Below, one piece after another: positions 37,659 through 48,886 of a stretch of 64,000 bases of DNA. The position numbers and the translations under genes were made by a program. Source of the stretch: an uncultured Clostridia bacterium (GTDB taxonomy: Bacteria; Bacillota; Clostridia; TANB77; CAG-508). Under the pieces are notes generated by a model. The model was not told the origin of the DNA, did not search any database, and saw only the letters and a program-made list of their open reading frames with translations. Each line of letters starts with the position of its first letter. Position 1 is the stretch's first letter. The stretch spans positions 2,963 to 66,962 of the forward strand of contig CAKPNJ010000007.1 in NCBI GenBank assembly GCA_934168365.1, in the 5' to 3' direction.

Positions 37659-38384
37659 ATGAAAGGTTTTGCTAAAACTGATGTTGGCAAAGCAAGAGAA
37701 ATGAATCAAGACTATTACAGTATTCCTTCTTCTGAAAGTGACTTACAATTATACATTCTAGCAGATGGAATGGGCGGATATAACGGAGGAGAAATAGCAA
37801 GCAGGCTAGCAGCAGAAACAACAAAAAATTATATTCAAAACAATTTTAAAAAAATAGAACATGATAAAGAAGCAATATTAAAGTTAGTAAAGGATGCAAT
37901 GGAATATGCTAATATGGTAGTATATGAAGAATCAAAAAAAGATGAAAACTTGCAAGGAATGGGTACTACTTTAGATGTATGCTTCATATATAATAGTAAG
38001 ATATATATAGGACATGTAGGAGATAGTAGAATATACTTAATAAAAAAAGACATAGCTAGAAAGATAACCAAAGACCACAGCTATGTTCAACAATTAGTAG
38101 AAGATAAAAAAATTACTAGAGAAGAAGCAGAGCACCATCCAAAAAAGAATATGCTATTAAAGGCATTAGGATGTACCTCTTATGTGGAACCAGATATAAG
38201 AGCAAGAAACTTAGAAAAAGACGATATATTATTAATGTGTTCAGATGGACTAACTAATATGGTAGAAGAAAGTAAAATATATGAAGTAGTTAGAGAAAAT
38301 AAAGAAAAAGCGCCAGAGATATTAGTAAATTTAGCAAATAATGCTGGTGGATATGACAACATAACAGTTATAACTATAATATAG
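37659..38384 (+). CDS. prpC: PP2C-family Ser/Thr protein phosphatase
   Basis: PP2C motifs (LADGMGG, DNITVI). Confidence 0.9.
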   Translation: MKGFAKTDVGKAREMNQDYYSIPSSESDLQLYILADGMGGYNGGEIASRLAAETTKNYIQNNFKKIEHDKEAILKLVKDAMEYANMVVYEESKKDENLQGMGTTLDVCFIYNSKIYIGHVGDSRIYLIKKDIARKITKDHSYVQQLVEDKKITREEAEHHPKKNMLLKALGCTSYVEPDIRARNLEKDDILLMCSDGLTNMVEESKIYEVVRENKEKAPEILVNLANNAGGYDNITVITII

Positions 38385-38397
38385 GGGAGATAAAATT

Positions 38398-40377
38398 ATG
38401 AATTTAGTAGGTAAAGTAATAGGAAATAGATATGAAATGCTTGAAAAAATTGGTGAAGGTGGTATGGCCACAGTATACAAAGCCAGATGTAATATTTTAA
38501 AAAGATATGTAGCTGTAAAAGTACTAAGAGAAGAATTTACAACAGATGAAGAATTTATTAGAAGATTTAACACAGAAGCACAAGCTGCAGCAAGCCTTAC
38601 ACATCCAAATATTGTATCAATATTTGATGTAGGACATGAAGACAATGTTTATTATATTGTTATGGAGCTGGTACAAGGCAAAACTTTAAAAGAAATTATA
38701 AACGAAGATGGAGTACTACCTTGGAAATGGTCTGTAAATATTGCGATACAAGTAGCATCAGCATTAGAAACAGCACACAAAAACAATATAGTACATAGAG
38801 ATATTAAACCACACAATATAATAATAACAGAAGATGGAATTGCCAAAGTAACAGACTTTGGAATAGCGAAAGCTGTATCAAATTCAACAATTACTGCCTT
38901 TGGAACAACAATTGGTTCAGTTCATTATTTCTCACCTGAACATGCTAGAGGTGGATATACTGATGCAAAATCAGATATCTATTCATTAGGTGTAGTAATG
39001 TATGAAATGCTAACTGGTAGGGTACCATTTGATGCAGATACACCAGTATCTATAGCTTTAAAACATATGCAAGAAAAACCAGTAGAACCAATGAAATTAA
39101 ATCCATCTATTCCATTTGCAATAAACAAAATAATAATGAAAGCAATGGAAAAAGAGCCAAGTTTAAGATATCAAAATGCTACTGAAATGCTAAAAGATTT
39201 AAGTATGGCATTAAAAGATCCAGAAGGTGGATTTGTAAAGAGTAATGCAGAAAAACTTCAATATACCCAAAGAGTTCCAGTTTTAGGAGAAGAGCCACAA
39301 GTAGAAGTAAAAGAAGATGGCAAAAAAGGAAAATTAGCTAAATATTTTGAAGAACATCCAACAGCTAAAAAAGTATGGATAACAGTAATAATTGCAGTGT
39401 TAGTAATTTTAATCCCATTAGCGGGATTCTTTGGAGTTCAAGCATTATTAAAAGCAGGACTACCAAAAGATGTTAACCTACCTAACTTTGTGGGTCAAAC
39501 ATTAGAAGAAGCAAAAGTAACATTAGGAAAAACAAAATTAACCTTAGAAACAGAAGAAGTATTTGATGATGAAGTGGAAGCAGGAAAAATCATTTCACAA
39601 GAACCACCATATTCAGAAGGTGCAACAGTAAAAGAAAATACTACTGTTAAATTGAAAATAAGCAAAGGCTCAGAAATGGTAGAGATGATTAAAGTAGTAG
39701 GAATGACTTATGAAGAAGCTGAGCAAAAACTAAAAGATGAATTGCACTTAAATGTAGAGAGAAAAGAAGAAACAAGTAAAACAGTAGAAAAAGATGTAGT
39801 TATAAAACAAGATATTGCAGAAGGAAAACAAATTAAAGTTGGAGAAACTGTAACACTAACAGTAAGTATAGGAACAGGTCTTAAAGATGTGGCTATGCCA
39901 TATGTAATAGGAGATACAGAGGCAGAAGCTAAAAAGAAATTAGCTGATTTAACAGTAATAGTTGCATATGAAGAAGATATGTCAAAGGCAGATGGAAAGG
40001 TATTGAAACAAAGCATTGAAGCTGGAACAACAGTTGAAGAAAAAACAAAAGTTACAATTACTGTAAATAGAATAGAAGAAATAAAAACTGGAATGGTAAG
40101 AATAAATGTGCAATCTCTACTAGGAGATAAAGCAGTAATTCAAAAAGATGAAGCTGGTAATGAAATAAATCCAACAGTAACAGTAAAAGTTACCGTTGAT
40201 GGAGATAATCAATATGAAGAAGAAAGACGTAAAGATGAAACATCACTAGTGGTTAAAGTACATGGAAAACATACAGTAACAATAAAAGTATGGATTGGAG
40301 ATCAAATGTATGGAATGCAACAACTAACATTAACAGATGAAAACCCAATAATTAGTTTTCCAATGAAAGCACAGTAA
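38398..40377 (+). CDS. prkC: Ser/Thr protein kinase with extracellular PASTA repeats
   Basis: Hanks kinase domain (VAVK, HRDIKPHN, DFG), a TM segment, and PASTA domains. Confidence 0.9.
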   Translation: MNLVGKVIGNRYEMLEKIGEGGMATVYKARCNILKRYVAVKVLREEFTTDEEFIRRFNTEAQAAASLTHPNIVSIFDVGHEDNVYYIVMELVQGKTLKEIINEDGVLPWKWSVNIAIQVASALETAHKNNIVHRDIKPHNIIITEDGIAKVTDFGIAKAVSNSTITAFGTTIGSVHYFSPEHARGGYTDAKSDIYSLGVVMYEMLTGRVPFDADTPVSIALKHMQEKPVEPMKLNPSIPFAINKIIMKAMEKEPSLRYQNATEMLKDLSMALKDPEGGFVKSNAEKLQYTQRVPVLGEEPQVEVKEDGKKGKLAKYFEEHPTAKKVWITVIIAVLVILIPLAGFFGVQALLKAGLPKDVNLPNFVGQTLEEAKVTLGKTKLTLETEEVFDDEVEAGKIISQEPPYSEGATVKENTTVKLKISKGSEMVEMIKVVGMTYEEAEQKLKDELHLNVERKEETSKTVEKDVVIKQDIAEGKQIKVGETVTLTVSIGTGLKDVAMPYVIGDTEAEAKKKLADLTVIVAYEEDMSKADGKVLKQSIEAGTTVEEKTKVTITVNRIEEIKTGMVRINVQSLLGDKAVIQKDEAGNEINPTVTVKVTVDGDNQYEEERRKDETSLVVKVHGKHTVTIKVWIGDQMYGMQQLTLTDENPIISFPMKAQ

Positions 40378-40430
40378 ACAAGCTTACTAGCGAAAATCCA
40401 GTAATTAGTTTTGAATAATGAGGTAAATGA

Positions 40431-41291
40431 ATGCCAAAAGGAATAATTATTTGTATTAGTTCAAATGTATATCAAGTAGCAGAAGGCGAAAAAATATATA
40501 AATGCCTAGCAAGAGGAAAACTTAAAAAAGAAAAAATTAGTCCATTAGTTGGAGATGAGGTGGAATTTACTATTACAAATTCAGAAAAACAAGAAGGAGT
40601 AATAGAGCAAATTCTTCCTCGCAAAAACGAACTAAAAAGGCCTAAAATGGCCAATCTAACTCAACTTATTTTAGTAGTATCTATGAAAATGCCAAGCCCA
40701 GATTTATTATTATTAGACAAACAGTTAGTATTTGCAGAATTTATGGGATTAAAAGCAACTATAGTGCTAAATAAGGTTGACTTAGAAGATAAAGAAGAGA
40801 TAGACAGAATTGCCAAATTGTATGAAAGTATAGGATATAAAGTTATACAAACAAATGCAAAAGAGGGAATAAAAGTAGGAGAAATAAAAACTTTACTCGA
40901 AGGAGAAACTACAGCCTTTGCTGGAAACTCAGGAGTAGGTAAATCCACTTTGATAAATTCAATATTTGAACAGGAGTTAACTCAAGAGGGAGATATTAGT
41001 GATAAAAATCAAAGAGGAAAAAATACTACTACAAGCACTACTTTGTATAAATATAAAGAAAATTCATATATAGCAGATACACCTGGATTTTCAACATTTG
41101 AAATAAATGAAATTCCAAAAGAAGATTTATGCCACTATTTTGTGGAGTTTGTACCTTATTTAGATAAATGCGAATTTCAAGGTTGCAGTCATATAAAGGA
41201 AGAAAATTGTGGAGTAAAAGATGCTTTAGAATCTGGCAAAATTTCTTCACAAAGATATGAGAACTATATAAAAATTTATAATAATTTGTGA
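40431..41291 (+). CDS. rsgA: ribosome small-subunit-dependent GTPase A
   Basis: Circularly permuted GTPase motifs (NKVD, GNSGVGKST) and a C-terminal zinc-binding cysteine/histidine cluster. Confidence 0.9.
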   Translation: MPKGIIICISSNVYQVAEGEKIYKCLARGKLKKEKISPLVGDEVEFTITNSEKQEGVIEQILPRKNELKRPKMANLTQLILVVSMKMPSPDLLLLDKQLVFAEFMGLKATIVLNKVDLEDKEEIDRIAKLYESIGYKVIQTNAKEGIKVGEIKTLLEGETTAFAGNSGVGKSTLINSIFEQELTQEGDISDKNQRGKNTTTSTTLYKYKENSYIADTPGFSTFEINEIPKEDLCHYFVEFVPYLDKCEFQGCSHIKEENCGVKDALESGKISSQRYENYIKIYNNL

Positions 41292-41362
41292 TAATGTTAA
41301 AAGTATTATATTGCTAGCATTAGTGTAAAACCAATAATTAGATTAGATAAGAGGAAAGAAAA

Positions 41363-42022
41363 ATGGTAGAAGTATCAGTTTCAATATTAAATGTAAAAGA
41401 TGATAAAGCGATTCAAACATTATATAATTTAGAAACATCAGGAATAAATTACTTCCATATAGATGTAATGGATGGAAAGTTTGTAAAAAATGATACAACA
41501 AATAAAATGCTAGAATTTAGTGAATACCTAAATCAAATTTCAAACTTACCATTAGATGTTCATTTGATGGTAGAAGATGTAGAAAGTTATATAAAAAGCT
41601 TTGCAATATTTGATCCTAATATTATAACATTTCATTTAGAAGCAGGAAAAAGCAAAGAAGAAATATTTAAATGGATTAAACTATTAAATGAAAACAACAT
41701 AAGAGTTGGAATTTCAATAAAGCCAAACACAAAAGTAGAAGAAGTTTACGAATATCTACCATTTGTGCATTTAGTATTAGTAATGACAGTAGAACCAGGA
41801 GAAGGCGGACAAAAGTTATTACCAGATACAATAGAAAAGATAAAAGAACTAAAACAATATATTGACAAAAATAATTTTGAAGTAGACATCGAAGCAGATG
41901 GTGGAATAAACACAGAAAATGCCGATAGGGTAAAAGAAGCGGGAGCTGATATGTTGGTATCAGGAAGTGCAATTATCAATGCTGAAGATTATAAAGAAGT
42001 TGTAGATAAACTAAAACAATAA
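41363..42022 (+). CDS. rpe: ribulose-phosphate 3-epimerase
   Basis: Conserved RPE family sequence. Confidence 0.9.
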   Translation: MVEVSVSILNVKDDKAIQTLYNLETSGINYFHIDVMDGKFVKNDTTNKMLEFSEYLNQISNLPLDVHLMVEDVESYIKSFAIFDPNIITFHLEAGKSKEEIFKWIKLLNENNIRVGISIKPNTKVEEVYEYLPFVHLVLVMTVEPGEGGQKLLPDTIEKIKELKQYIDKNNFEVDIEADGGINTENADRVKEAGADMLVSGSAIINAEDYKEVVDKLKQ

Positions 42023-42130
42023 AAGGCAGTAATGCCTTTTTTCGTTGTTTTAAGTAATGAAATGTTGAAAAATAGGCAATAATATGTTATCATAGTACCA
42101 TACTATCAATAAGTTTGAGAGGTAAGAAAT

Positions 42131-43021
42131 TTGAAAAAAAAGATTTTAATAATAATGTTAATAATAGCAGTTGCAATAGGAATAGCAATTTGGGCAACAA
42201 CTAGAAAACATGAAAAAATAGAAAATGATAATTTGAAAATAGTAACATCATTTTATCCTATCTATGTTATGACAGCAAATATAACACAAAACGTACCAGA
42301 TGTGGAACTTGTAAATATGACAGAAGCCAATGTTGGTTGCTTACATGACTATACAATATCTACAACTGATATGAAAAAGATAGAAAAAGCTGATATATAT
42401 ATTCAAAATGGATTGGGTTTAGAGAGCTTTATGGATAAAATAATTTCAGCATATCCAGAATTAAAGGTAATAGATACTTGTGCTGATATATCAAATAAGA
42501 TACAAGATGAAAATGAGACGAATCCTCATATTTGGACAAGCATAGAAAACTATATCAAACAAGTAGAAACAATATGTCAAAAACTATGTGAATATGACAA
42601 TAAAAATGCTGAAGCATATAAAGCAAATTGTGAAAGTTATTTACAGAAAATAAACCAAGAAAAACAAAAATATGAAAATCAACTTCAAAAACTAAATGGA
42701 GCAAAGGCTATTTGCTTAAATGAGGGGCTAGAATATTTATTAAAAGAACTTAAAATGCAAGTAACACAAGTAGAAACAAATCACGAAGAAAGTACAATGT
42801 CAGCAGAAACACTAAAAAACCTAATTGAAAAAATGAAAAATGAAAACATAAAAATCATAGTAGTAGATAAAGATGACAATATAAAAAATGCCGAAACATT
42901 AGCAAACGAAACAGGAGCAAAAATATATAAACTAGATTCAGGGCTAACAGGAGAAACAAATAACAACGCATATATAGACAAGCTAGAAGCAAATTTTTTA
43001 GTTCTAGAATCTATGATGTAG
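42131..43021 (+). CDS. metal (Zn/Mn) ABC transporter substrate-binding lipoprotein, TroA/ZnuA-like
   Basis: Signal peptide and cluster-9 substrate-binding protein features. Confidence 0.75.
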   Translation: MKKKILIIMLIIAVAIGIAIWATTRKHEKIENDNLKIVTSFYPIYVMTANITQNVPDVELVNMTEANVGCLHDYTISTTDMKKIEKADIYIQNGLGLESFMDKIISAYPELKVIDTCADISNKIQDENETNPHIWTSIENYIKQVETICQKLCEYDNKNAEAYKANCESYLQKINQEKQKYENQLQKLNGAKAICLNEGLEYLLKELKMQVTQVETNHEESTMSAETLKNLIEKMKNENIKIIVVDKDDNIKNAETLANETGAKIYKLDSGLTGETNNNAYIDKLEANFLVLESMM

Positions 43022-43035
43022 AACAGGAGTAGAAA

Positions 43036-43767
43036 ATGGGTGGAAAAGGAGCATGTGGTTTACACTGCACAAAAATAAATAACATAAGTGTAAAATTTGG
43101 AAAAGAGCAAGTATTAAAAAATGTAAATATCCATGTGCATTGTGGAGAGTTAACTGTAATAATAGGTAGAAATGGTGCAGGAAAATCTACATTATTAAAA
43201 GCTATTTTAGGAGAAGTAGAGCATACTGGAAACATAAGCTTTGTGGATATGAAAGATAACATTGCAAAAAGAATAAAAATAGGGTATGTGCCACAAACTA
43301 TAAATATAGAAAAACATATGCCAACAACAGTATATGATCTATTTGCATCATGTATTTGCCACATACCAGTATTTTTGAAAAAGGATAAAAAGATATATAG
43401 CGAAATAAAAGAACAGCTAAAAATATTTGGAGCAGAAAAATTAATAGATAAAAGTATAGGAGATTTATCTGGTGGCGAATTACAAAGAGTATTACTTGCA
43501 ATAGCAACAAAACCAACACCAAATTTATTGGTACTAGATGAGCCAGTATCAGGAATTGATAAAAATGGAACAAGAGATTTTTATGAATTAGTAAATGAAT
43601 TAAAAACAAAATATGATATGTCAATTTTACTTGTATCACATGATTTAGATTTAGTTAAAAAATATGCTGATAGAGTAATTTTATTAGATAAACAAGTTGT
43701 AAAAGAGGGAACACCAGAAGAAGTATTTGAGAGCTTAGAATTTAAAAGCTATTTTGGAGAAATATAA
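43036..43767 (+). CDS. metal ABC transporter ATP-binding protein
   Basis: Walker A (GRNGAGKST), LSGGE signature, Walker B. Confidence 0.85.
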   Translation: MGGKGACGLHCTKINNISVKFGKEQVLKNVNIHVHCGELTVIIGRNGAGKSTLLKAILGEVEHTGNISFVDMKDNIAKRIKIGYVPQTINIEKHMPTTVYDLFASCICHIPVFLKKDKKIYSEIKEQLKIFGAEKLIDKSIGDLSGGELQRVLLAIATKPTPNLLVLDEPVSGIDKNGTRDFYELVNELKTKYDMSILLVSHDLDLVKKYADRVILLDKQVVKEGTPEEVFESLEFKSYFGEI

Positions 43768-43781
43768 GAGGAGAATATATA

Positions 43782-44624
43782 ATGGAAGTAATATATAGTA
43801 TATTAGAAGCACTAATACCATTTGAATTTATAGATTATGCATTTATGAAAAATGCACTAATTGCAATTATTTTAGTAACACCAGTATTTGCTATTTTAGG
43901 TACTATGATAGTAAACAATAAAATGGCATTTTTCTCAGATGCACTAGGACATTCAGCTTTAACAGGAATTGCACTAGGAATGGTTTTAGGAATATCAAAT
44001 ATGAATATTTCAATGATATTATTTGCTGTTATATTTGCATTGCTATTAAACTATGTAAAAAATAAAACAAACTATGGAGCAGATACAATAATAAGTGTAT
44101 TTTCATCAATAGCAATAGCACTAGGACTTGCAATGTTAGCACAAAGTGGAAACTTTAATAAATATTCAAGCTATTTAGTGGGAGATATATTAAGCATTAG
44201 TAACACAGAAATATTATACTTATTTTTAGCATTTATTGCTGTAATTGCATTTTGGTACTTTACATTTAATAAATTAAATGTAACAAGTATAAATACAACA
44301 TTGGCAAGAAGCAGGGGAGTAAATACAAAAACAATTGATAATGTATTTGCAGTGTTAATAGCTATAATTGTAATGATTTCAATTAGATTTATTGGTATTT
44401 TACTAATAAATTCATTACTCATATTACCAGCAGCATCTAGTAGAAATGTAGCTAAAAATATGAGAACATACCATTTGCTTGCTGTAATTTTTTCATTGTT
44501 TTCAGGGATCACAGGCTTAATTATTTCATATTATTGGAACATACCAACAGGTCCAATGATAGTACTAATATCAGGTTTAATATACTTTGTAACATTTGGA
44601 CTAAAAAAGAAAATAAAAGAATAA
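43782..44624 (+). CDS. metal ABC transporter permease (ZnuB-like)
   Basis: About 8 TM segments. Operon context. Confidence 0.85.
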   Translation: MEVIYSILEALIPFEFIDYAFMKNALIAIILVTPVFAILGTMIVNNKMAFFSDALGHSALTGIALGMVLGISNMNISMILFAVIFALLLNYVKNKTNYGADTIISVFSSIAIALGLAMLAQSGNFNKYSSYLVGDILSISNTEILYLFLAFIAVIAFWYFTFNKLNVTSINTTLARSRGVNTKTIDNVFAVLIAIIVMISIRFIGILLINSLLILPAASSRNVAKNMRTYHLLAVIFSLFSGITGLIISYYWNIPTGPMIVLISGLIYFVTFGLKKKIKE

Positions 44625-44627
44625 AAG

Positions 44628-44663
44628 AAAAAACTGAAGTGGCTTTGCCACTCCAGTTTTTTT
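44628..44663. terminator. bidirectional terminator
   Basis: CTGAAGTGGC/GCCACTCCAG hairpin flanked by A/T runs. Confidence 0.6.
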
Positions 44664-44665
44664 CT

Positions 44666-45376
44666 TTATAATTCCAAGATTTTCTTAGCTCTTGCTACAT
44701 CTTCAGGAGTAGCAGGAGGAACCCCGTCAAGCTCATATTTTAATCCTAGTTCTTCCCATTTGAAACGTCCTAAGTCATGATAAGGAAGAATTTCAACTTT
44801 TTGAACAGAACTTAAACTATGTATAAAATCTTTTAATTTAAGCAAATCTTCTTCTTTATCTGTAATTCCAGGAACTAGTACTTGTCTAATCCACATTGGT
44901 TTATTTATACTACTTAAATATTCTGCAAAAGCCAATTCTTTTTTATTAGAAACACTAGTTAGATATTTACAAATATCATCATTTATACATTTTATATCTA
45001 ATAAAAATAAATCTGCTAAATCAATTATTTGTTTTATTTTATCTGTTATATCAAAGTTTCCAGCAGTATCAATAGCTGTATGAATACCATCAGCTTTTAG
45101 AGCGGTTAATAGTTCTATTAAAAAATCTTGTTGAACTAATGGCTCACCACCACTAATTGTAACGCCACCACCAGAAGGTACAAAATAGCTTTTGTACCTT
45201 TCGATTTTGGCTAATAATTCTGGGACAGTATATTCCATACCGCTACAAACATCCCAAGTGTCTCTGTTTTGGCAAAATTTACACTGCAAATTGCATCCTT
45301 GCATGAAAATTACGAACCTTATGCCAGGTCCGTCAACTGTTCCAAAAGATTCAAATGAGTGTATTCTACCTTTCAT
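44666..45376 (-). CDS. pflA: pyruvate formate-lyase activating enzyme (radical SAM)
   Basis: CNLQCKFCQN radical-SAM cluster motif. Confidence 0.9.
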   Translation of the reverse strand: MKGRIHSFESFGTVDGPGIRFVIFMQGCNLQCKFCQNRDTWDVCSGMEYTVPELLAKIERYKSYFVPSGGGVTISGGEPLVQQDFLIELLTALKADGIHTAIDTAGNFDITDKIKQIIDLADLFLLDIKCINDDICKYLTSVSNKKELAFAEYLSSINKPMWIRQVLVPGITDKEEDLLKLKDFIHSLSSVQKVEILPYHDLGRFKWEELGLKYELDGVPPATPEDVARAKKILEL

Positions 45377-45404
45377 ATTTCCTCCTAAAAATTTAAATCT
45401 AGTA

Positions 45405-45522
45405 GCATAAAAATATGTTTTCGCACCTGTCGCGCAGTTGAAGGAGTGAGCTAAGACCCGCGTTTAGCTCGGAGGCTTGCCCACGAACGACGACAGCAAG
45501 ACAGAAGAAAACATATTTTATG
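45405..45522. repeat. GC-rich structured element bounded by 17/18-bp inverted repeats, between pflB and pflA. MITE-like or structured RNA.
   Basis: GCATAAAAATATGTTTTC ... GAAAACATATTTTATGC flank an about 80-nt, roughly 60 percent GC core with internal stems (GAGCTAA/TTAGCTC, CTGTCG/CGACAG). Confidence 0.5.
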
Positions 45523-45530
45523 CACGAGAA

Positions 45531-47774
45531 CTAAATTTTTTCATGTATTGTTCTGTGAATTACTTCTAATTGTTGTTCTCTAGTTAATTTTATAAAGTTA
45601 ACAGCATATCCAGAAACACGAATTGTTAATTGTGGATATTTTTCAGGGTGATCCATTGCATCAAGTAATAAATCTCTATCAAATACGTTAACATTTATAT
45701 GATGTCCTGTTTGAACAAAAAAACCATCTAACATACTTACTAAGTTATTTACCTTTGAATCTTCATCTTTTCCAAGAGTAGCAGGAGAGATAGAGAATGT
45801 GTATGAAATACCATCTTCAGAATATTCATAAGGAAGTTTAGCAATTGTATTCATAACAGCTAAAGCTCCATTTACATCTCTTCCATGTAGTGGGTTAGCA
45901 CCAGGTCCAAAAGGTTCGCCATCTCTTCTTCCATCAGGAGTATTACCAGTGTTTTTACCATATACTACATTTGATGTAATAGTTAAAACTGATAATGTAG
46001 CTCTTGAATTCTTGTAAGTATGATGTTTTTCTAGTTTTTTCATAAATGATTTTACTATATTAACTGCAATTTCATCAACTCTATCATCATCATTTCCGTA
46101 TTTAGGAAAATCACCTTCAACTTGATAATCAACAGCTAATCCAGTTTCGTCTCTAATTACCTTAACTTTTGCATATTTTATTGCAGATAAAGAATCAGCA
46201 ACAACTGATAAACCAGCTATACCACAAGCCATTGTTCTTAAAATGTCTCTTTCTTTATCATGTAAAGCCATTTCTAATGCTTCATAAGAATATTTGTCAT
46301 GCATATAATGAATCATATTTAAAGCTTTAATATATGTTTTAGCTAAATATTCCATCATATTATCAAATTTTCTCATAACTTCGTCATAATCTAAATATTC
46401 TGAAGTAATAGGGGCAAATTCTGGAGTAACTTGTTTTCCAGATTTTTCATCTCTACCACCGTTGATAGCATATAGAAGTGCTTTAGCTAAGTTTGCTCTT
46501 GCACCAAAGAATTGCATTTGTTTACCAATTTTCATAGCAGATACACAACAAGCGATACCATAATCATCACCTAAAGTAACTCTCATTAAATCATCATTTT
46601 CATATTGAATAGAAGATGTTTTAATAGAAATATCAGCACAGAATTTTTTAAATCCTTCAGGTAAATTTTTAGACCATAATACAGTTAAGTTTGGTTCTGG
46701 AGCTGGTCCTAAGTTTTCAAGAGTGTGTAGTATTCTAAAAGAGTTCTTTGTTACTAATGTTCTTCCATCAATCCCCATACCACCAATACTTTCAGTTACC
46801 CAAACAGGGTCACCTGTAAATAAAGAGTTGTATTCAGGTGCTCTTAAGAAACGAACTAGTCTTAATTTTATAACAAATTGGTCAATTAATTCTTGAGCTT
46901 GTTCTTCTGTTAAAGTACCATTTTTCATATCTCTTTCAATATATATATCTAAGAATGTAGATGTTCTACCTAAACTCATAGCTGCACCATTTTGATCCTT
47001 AACAGCAGCTAGATATCCAAAGTATAACCATTGAATTGCTTCCTTTGCAGTTGTTGCAGGTCCAGAAATATCATATCCATAACTTGCAGCCATTGCTTTT
47101 AATTCATTTAATGCAGCAATTTGGTCGTGCATTTCTTCTCTTTGACGAATTAACTCATCTGTCATTTCATCAGAATCTAATAAAGTAAATTCTTCTTGTT
47201 TTTCTTTAATTAAAACATCAACACCGTATAAGGCAACTCTTCTGTAATCACCTATAATTCTTCCACGACCATATCCATCAGGAAGACCTGTAATTAAATG
47301 TGAGCTTCTTGCAGCTCTTATTTCTGGTGTGTATACAGCAAAAACACCATCATTATGTGTTCTTCTTAAGTTGTGATAAATATATTCAATATTTTCATCA
47401 ACTTTATATCCATAGCTCTCGCATGATTTCTCAACTATTCTAATACCACCATTTGGCATAATTGCTCTTTTTAATGGTGCATCTGTTTGAAGACCAACTA
47501 TTTCTTCTAGCTCTTTATTTATATAGCCAGGAGCATAAGCGTTTATTCCAGAAGGAGTTTTAACATCAACATCTAAAACATCGCCATTTTCTCTTTCTTG
47601 TTTGTATAAGTCTGTAACGTTATTCCATAGCTTTTGAGTTTTTTCAGTTGCACCTGCCAAGAAATCATCATTTCCTTCATAAGGTGTGTAATTAGCTTGA
47701 ATAAAGCCTCTAACATCTATTTCTTTAGTCCATTCGCCTTGTGTATTAAATCCTTCCCATTGTTTAAATTCCAT
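45531..47774 (-). CDS. pflB: formate C-acetyltransferase (pyruvate formate-lyase)
   Basis: 747 aa. C-terminal glycyl-radical motif RVSGY. Confidence 0.95.
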   Translation of the reverse strand: MEFKQWEGFNTQGEWTKEIDVRGFIQANYTPYEGNDDFLAGATEKTQKLWNNVTDLYKQERENGDVLDVDVKTPSGINAYAPGYINKELEEIVGLQTDAPLKRAIMPNGGIRIVEKSCESYGYKVDENIEYIYHNLRRTHNDGVFAVYTPEIRAARSSHLITGLPDGYGRGRIIGDYRRVALYGVDVLIKEKQEEFTLLDSDEMTDELIRQREEMHDQIAALNELKAMAASYGYDISGPATTAKEAIQWLYFGYLAAVKDQNGAAMSLGRTSTFLDIYIERDMKNGTLTEEQAQELIDQFVIKLRLVRFLRAPEYNSLFTGDPVWVTESIGGMGIDGRTLVTKNSFRILHTLENLGPAPEPNLTVLWSKNLPEGFKKFCADISIKTSSIQYENDDLMRVTLGDDYGIACCVSAMKIGKQMQFFGARANLAKALLYAINGGRDEKSGKQVTPEFAPITSEYLDYDEVMRKFDNMMEYLAKTYIKALNMIHYMHDKYSYEALEMALHDKERDILRTMACGIAGLSVVADSLSAIKYAKVKVIRDETGLAVDYQVEGDFPKYGNDDDRVDEIAVNIVKSFMKKLEKHHTYKNSRATLSVLTITSNVVYGKNTGNTPDGRRDGEPFGPGANPLHGRDVNGALAVMNTIAKLPYEYSEDGISYTFSISPATLGKDEDSKVNNLVSMLDGFFVQTGHHINVNVFDRDLLLDAMDHPEKYPQLTIRVSGYAVNFIKLTREQQLEVIHRTIHEKI

Positions 47775-47960
47775 AAAAAAATACCTCCTTGTAAAATAAT
47801 CTCGTACATATTATTATAATATAATAAAACTTCTTTATCAACATTTTTTGACAAAAAACAAATTTTTATGCGGTACTCATTGCTACAAATTAAAGTAATA
47901 AATATAAAAAAGCAAGAGAACAAAATCTCTTGCTTTTAGTATGGTTTAAAACCTTAAAAA

Positions 47961-48287
47961 TTATTCTTCTTCACTAATGACTTTAGCTATTTTATAAATT
48001 AACTTTTGTTTGTCACTAGACACTGAGTTTAAAATTTCATTAAATTCAGATGTTAAGTAATTATTTGAATTACTAGAAACTCCATTTAATATAGAGCCTT
48101 CAGAAACACCTAAAATTTCACAAATTTGAGTTAATCTTTTTAAATTGATATGAGAACTACCTCTTTCAATTCTACTTAAAAATGCAATTGAAACATCTAA
48201 TTGTTCAGCTAGTTTCTCTTGAGTCATATTTTTCTCAACTCTTGCTTTTTTCAATCTTTCTCCAATGATATTATAATCAAGTGCCAT
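47961..48287 (-). CDS. XRE-family HTH transcriptional regulator
   Basis: HTH_XRE signature (MTQEKLAEQLDVSIAFLSRIERG). Confidence 0.8.
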   Translation of the reverse strand: MALDYNIIGERLKKARVEKNMTQEKLAEQLDVSIAFLSRIERGSSHINLKRLTQICEILGVSEGSILNGVSSNSNNYLTSEFNEILNSVSSDKQKLIYKIAKVISEEE

Positions 48288-48627
48288 TGTTACATCTCCT
48301 CCATAACCTATTTATAAGTAATATATAGCATTTAATCGACAAACTTAACAGATACCTAAGCGTTAATATTAACACATGTCTGCAAACTATTTGTACTAAT
48401 AAATTATTATGTAAAAAAATAAAGAAAATATACATGAAGTGAATTTTATGTGAAAAATATATTTTTCTATTGTTTTATTTTTACTTATATGCTAAAATAC
48501 AAATGACTTTAAAAAGGTTTAAATGAATTTAATTATTTTGTAAATACTATTCCTTCTTGATATTGATATTAGAAAGGTTTTATATGTCAAAATATTAAAT
48601 ATCAAAACTAACAAGGAGGAAAAGATA

Positions 48628-48795
48628 ATGGCAGACAAAACTTTAACATGTAAAGATTGTGGTGCTGAATTTGTTTTCACAGAAGGTGAACAACAATTCT
48701 ATGCTGAAAAAGGTTTCACAAATGAACCTCAAAGATGCCCAGAATGCAGAAAAGCAAGAAAAGCACAAAGAAGAAACAACAATTTTAACAACTAA
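48628..48795 (+). CDS. small zinc-ribbon protein (55 aa, CxxC...CxxC)
   Basis: AGGAGG RBS. MADKTLTCKDCGAEFVFTEGEQQFYAEKGFTNEPQRCPECRKARK. Followed by a terminator. Below the ORF-track cutoff. Confidence 0.6.
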   Translation: MADKTLTCKDCGAEFVFTEGEQQFYAEKGFTNEPQRCPECRKARKAQRRNNNFNN

Positions 48796-48886
48796 TTTTA
48801 AAAGAGACAGAGCTAACAAAAGCTCCGTCTCTCTCTTTTTTTTGAATGTAAACTTAAAAAACATCAATATATAGAGTCTACTATTT

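Noticed and set aside
45405-45522. The GC-rich pflB-pflA intergenic element as a tRNA or SRP RNA
   Set aside because: It has no cloverleaf and no GTTC or CCA features, and the SRP domain IV motif is not present. It is kept as an unexplained structured element instead.
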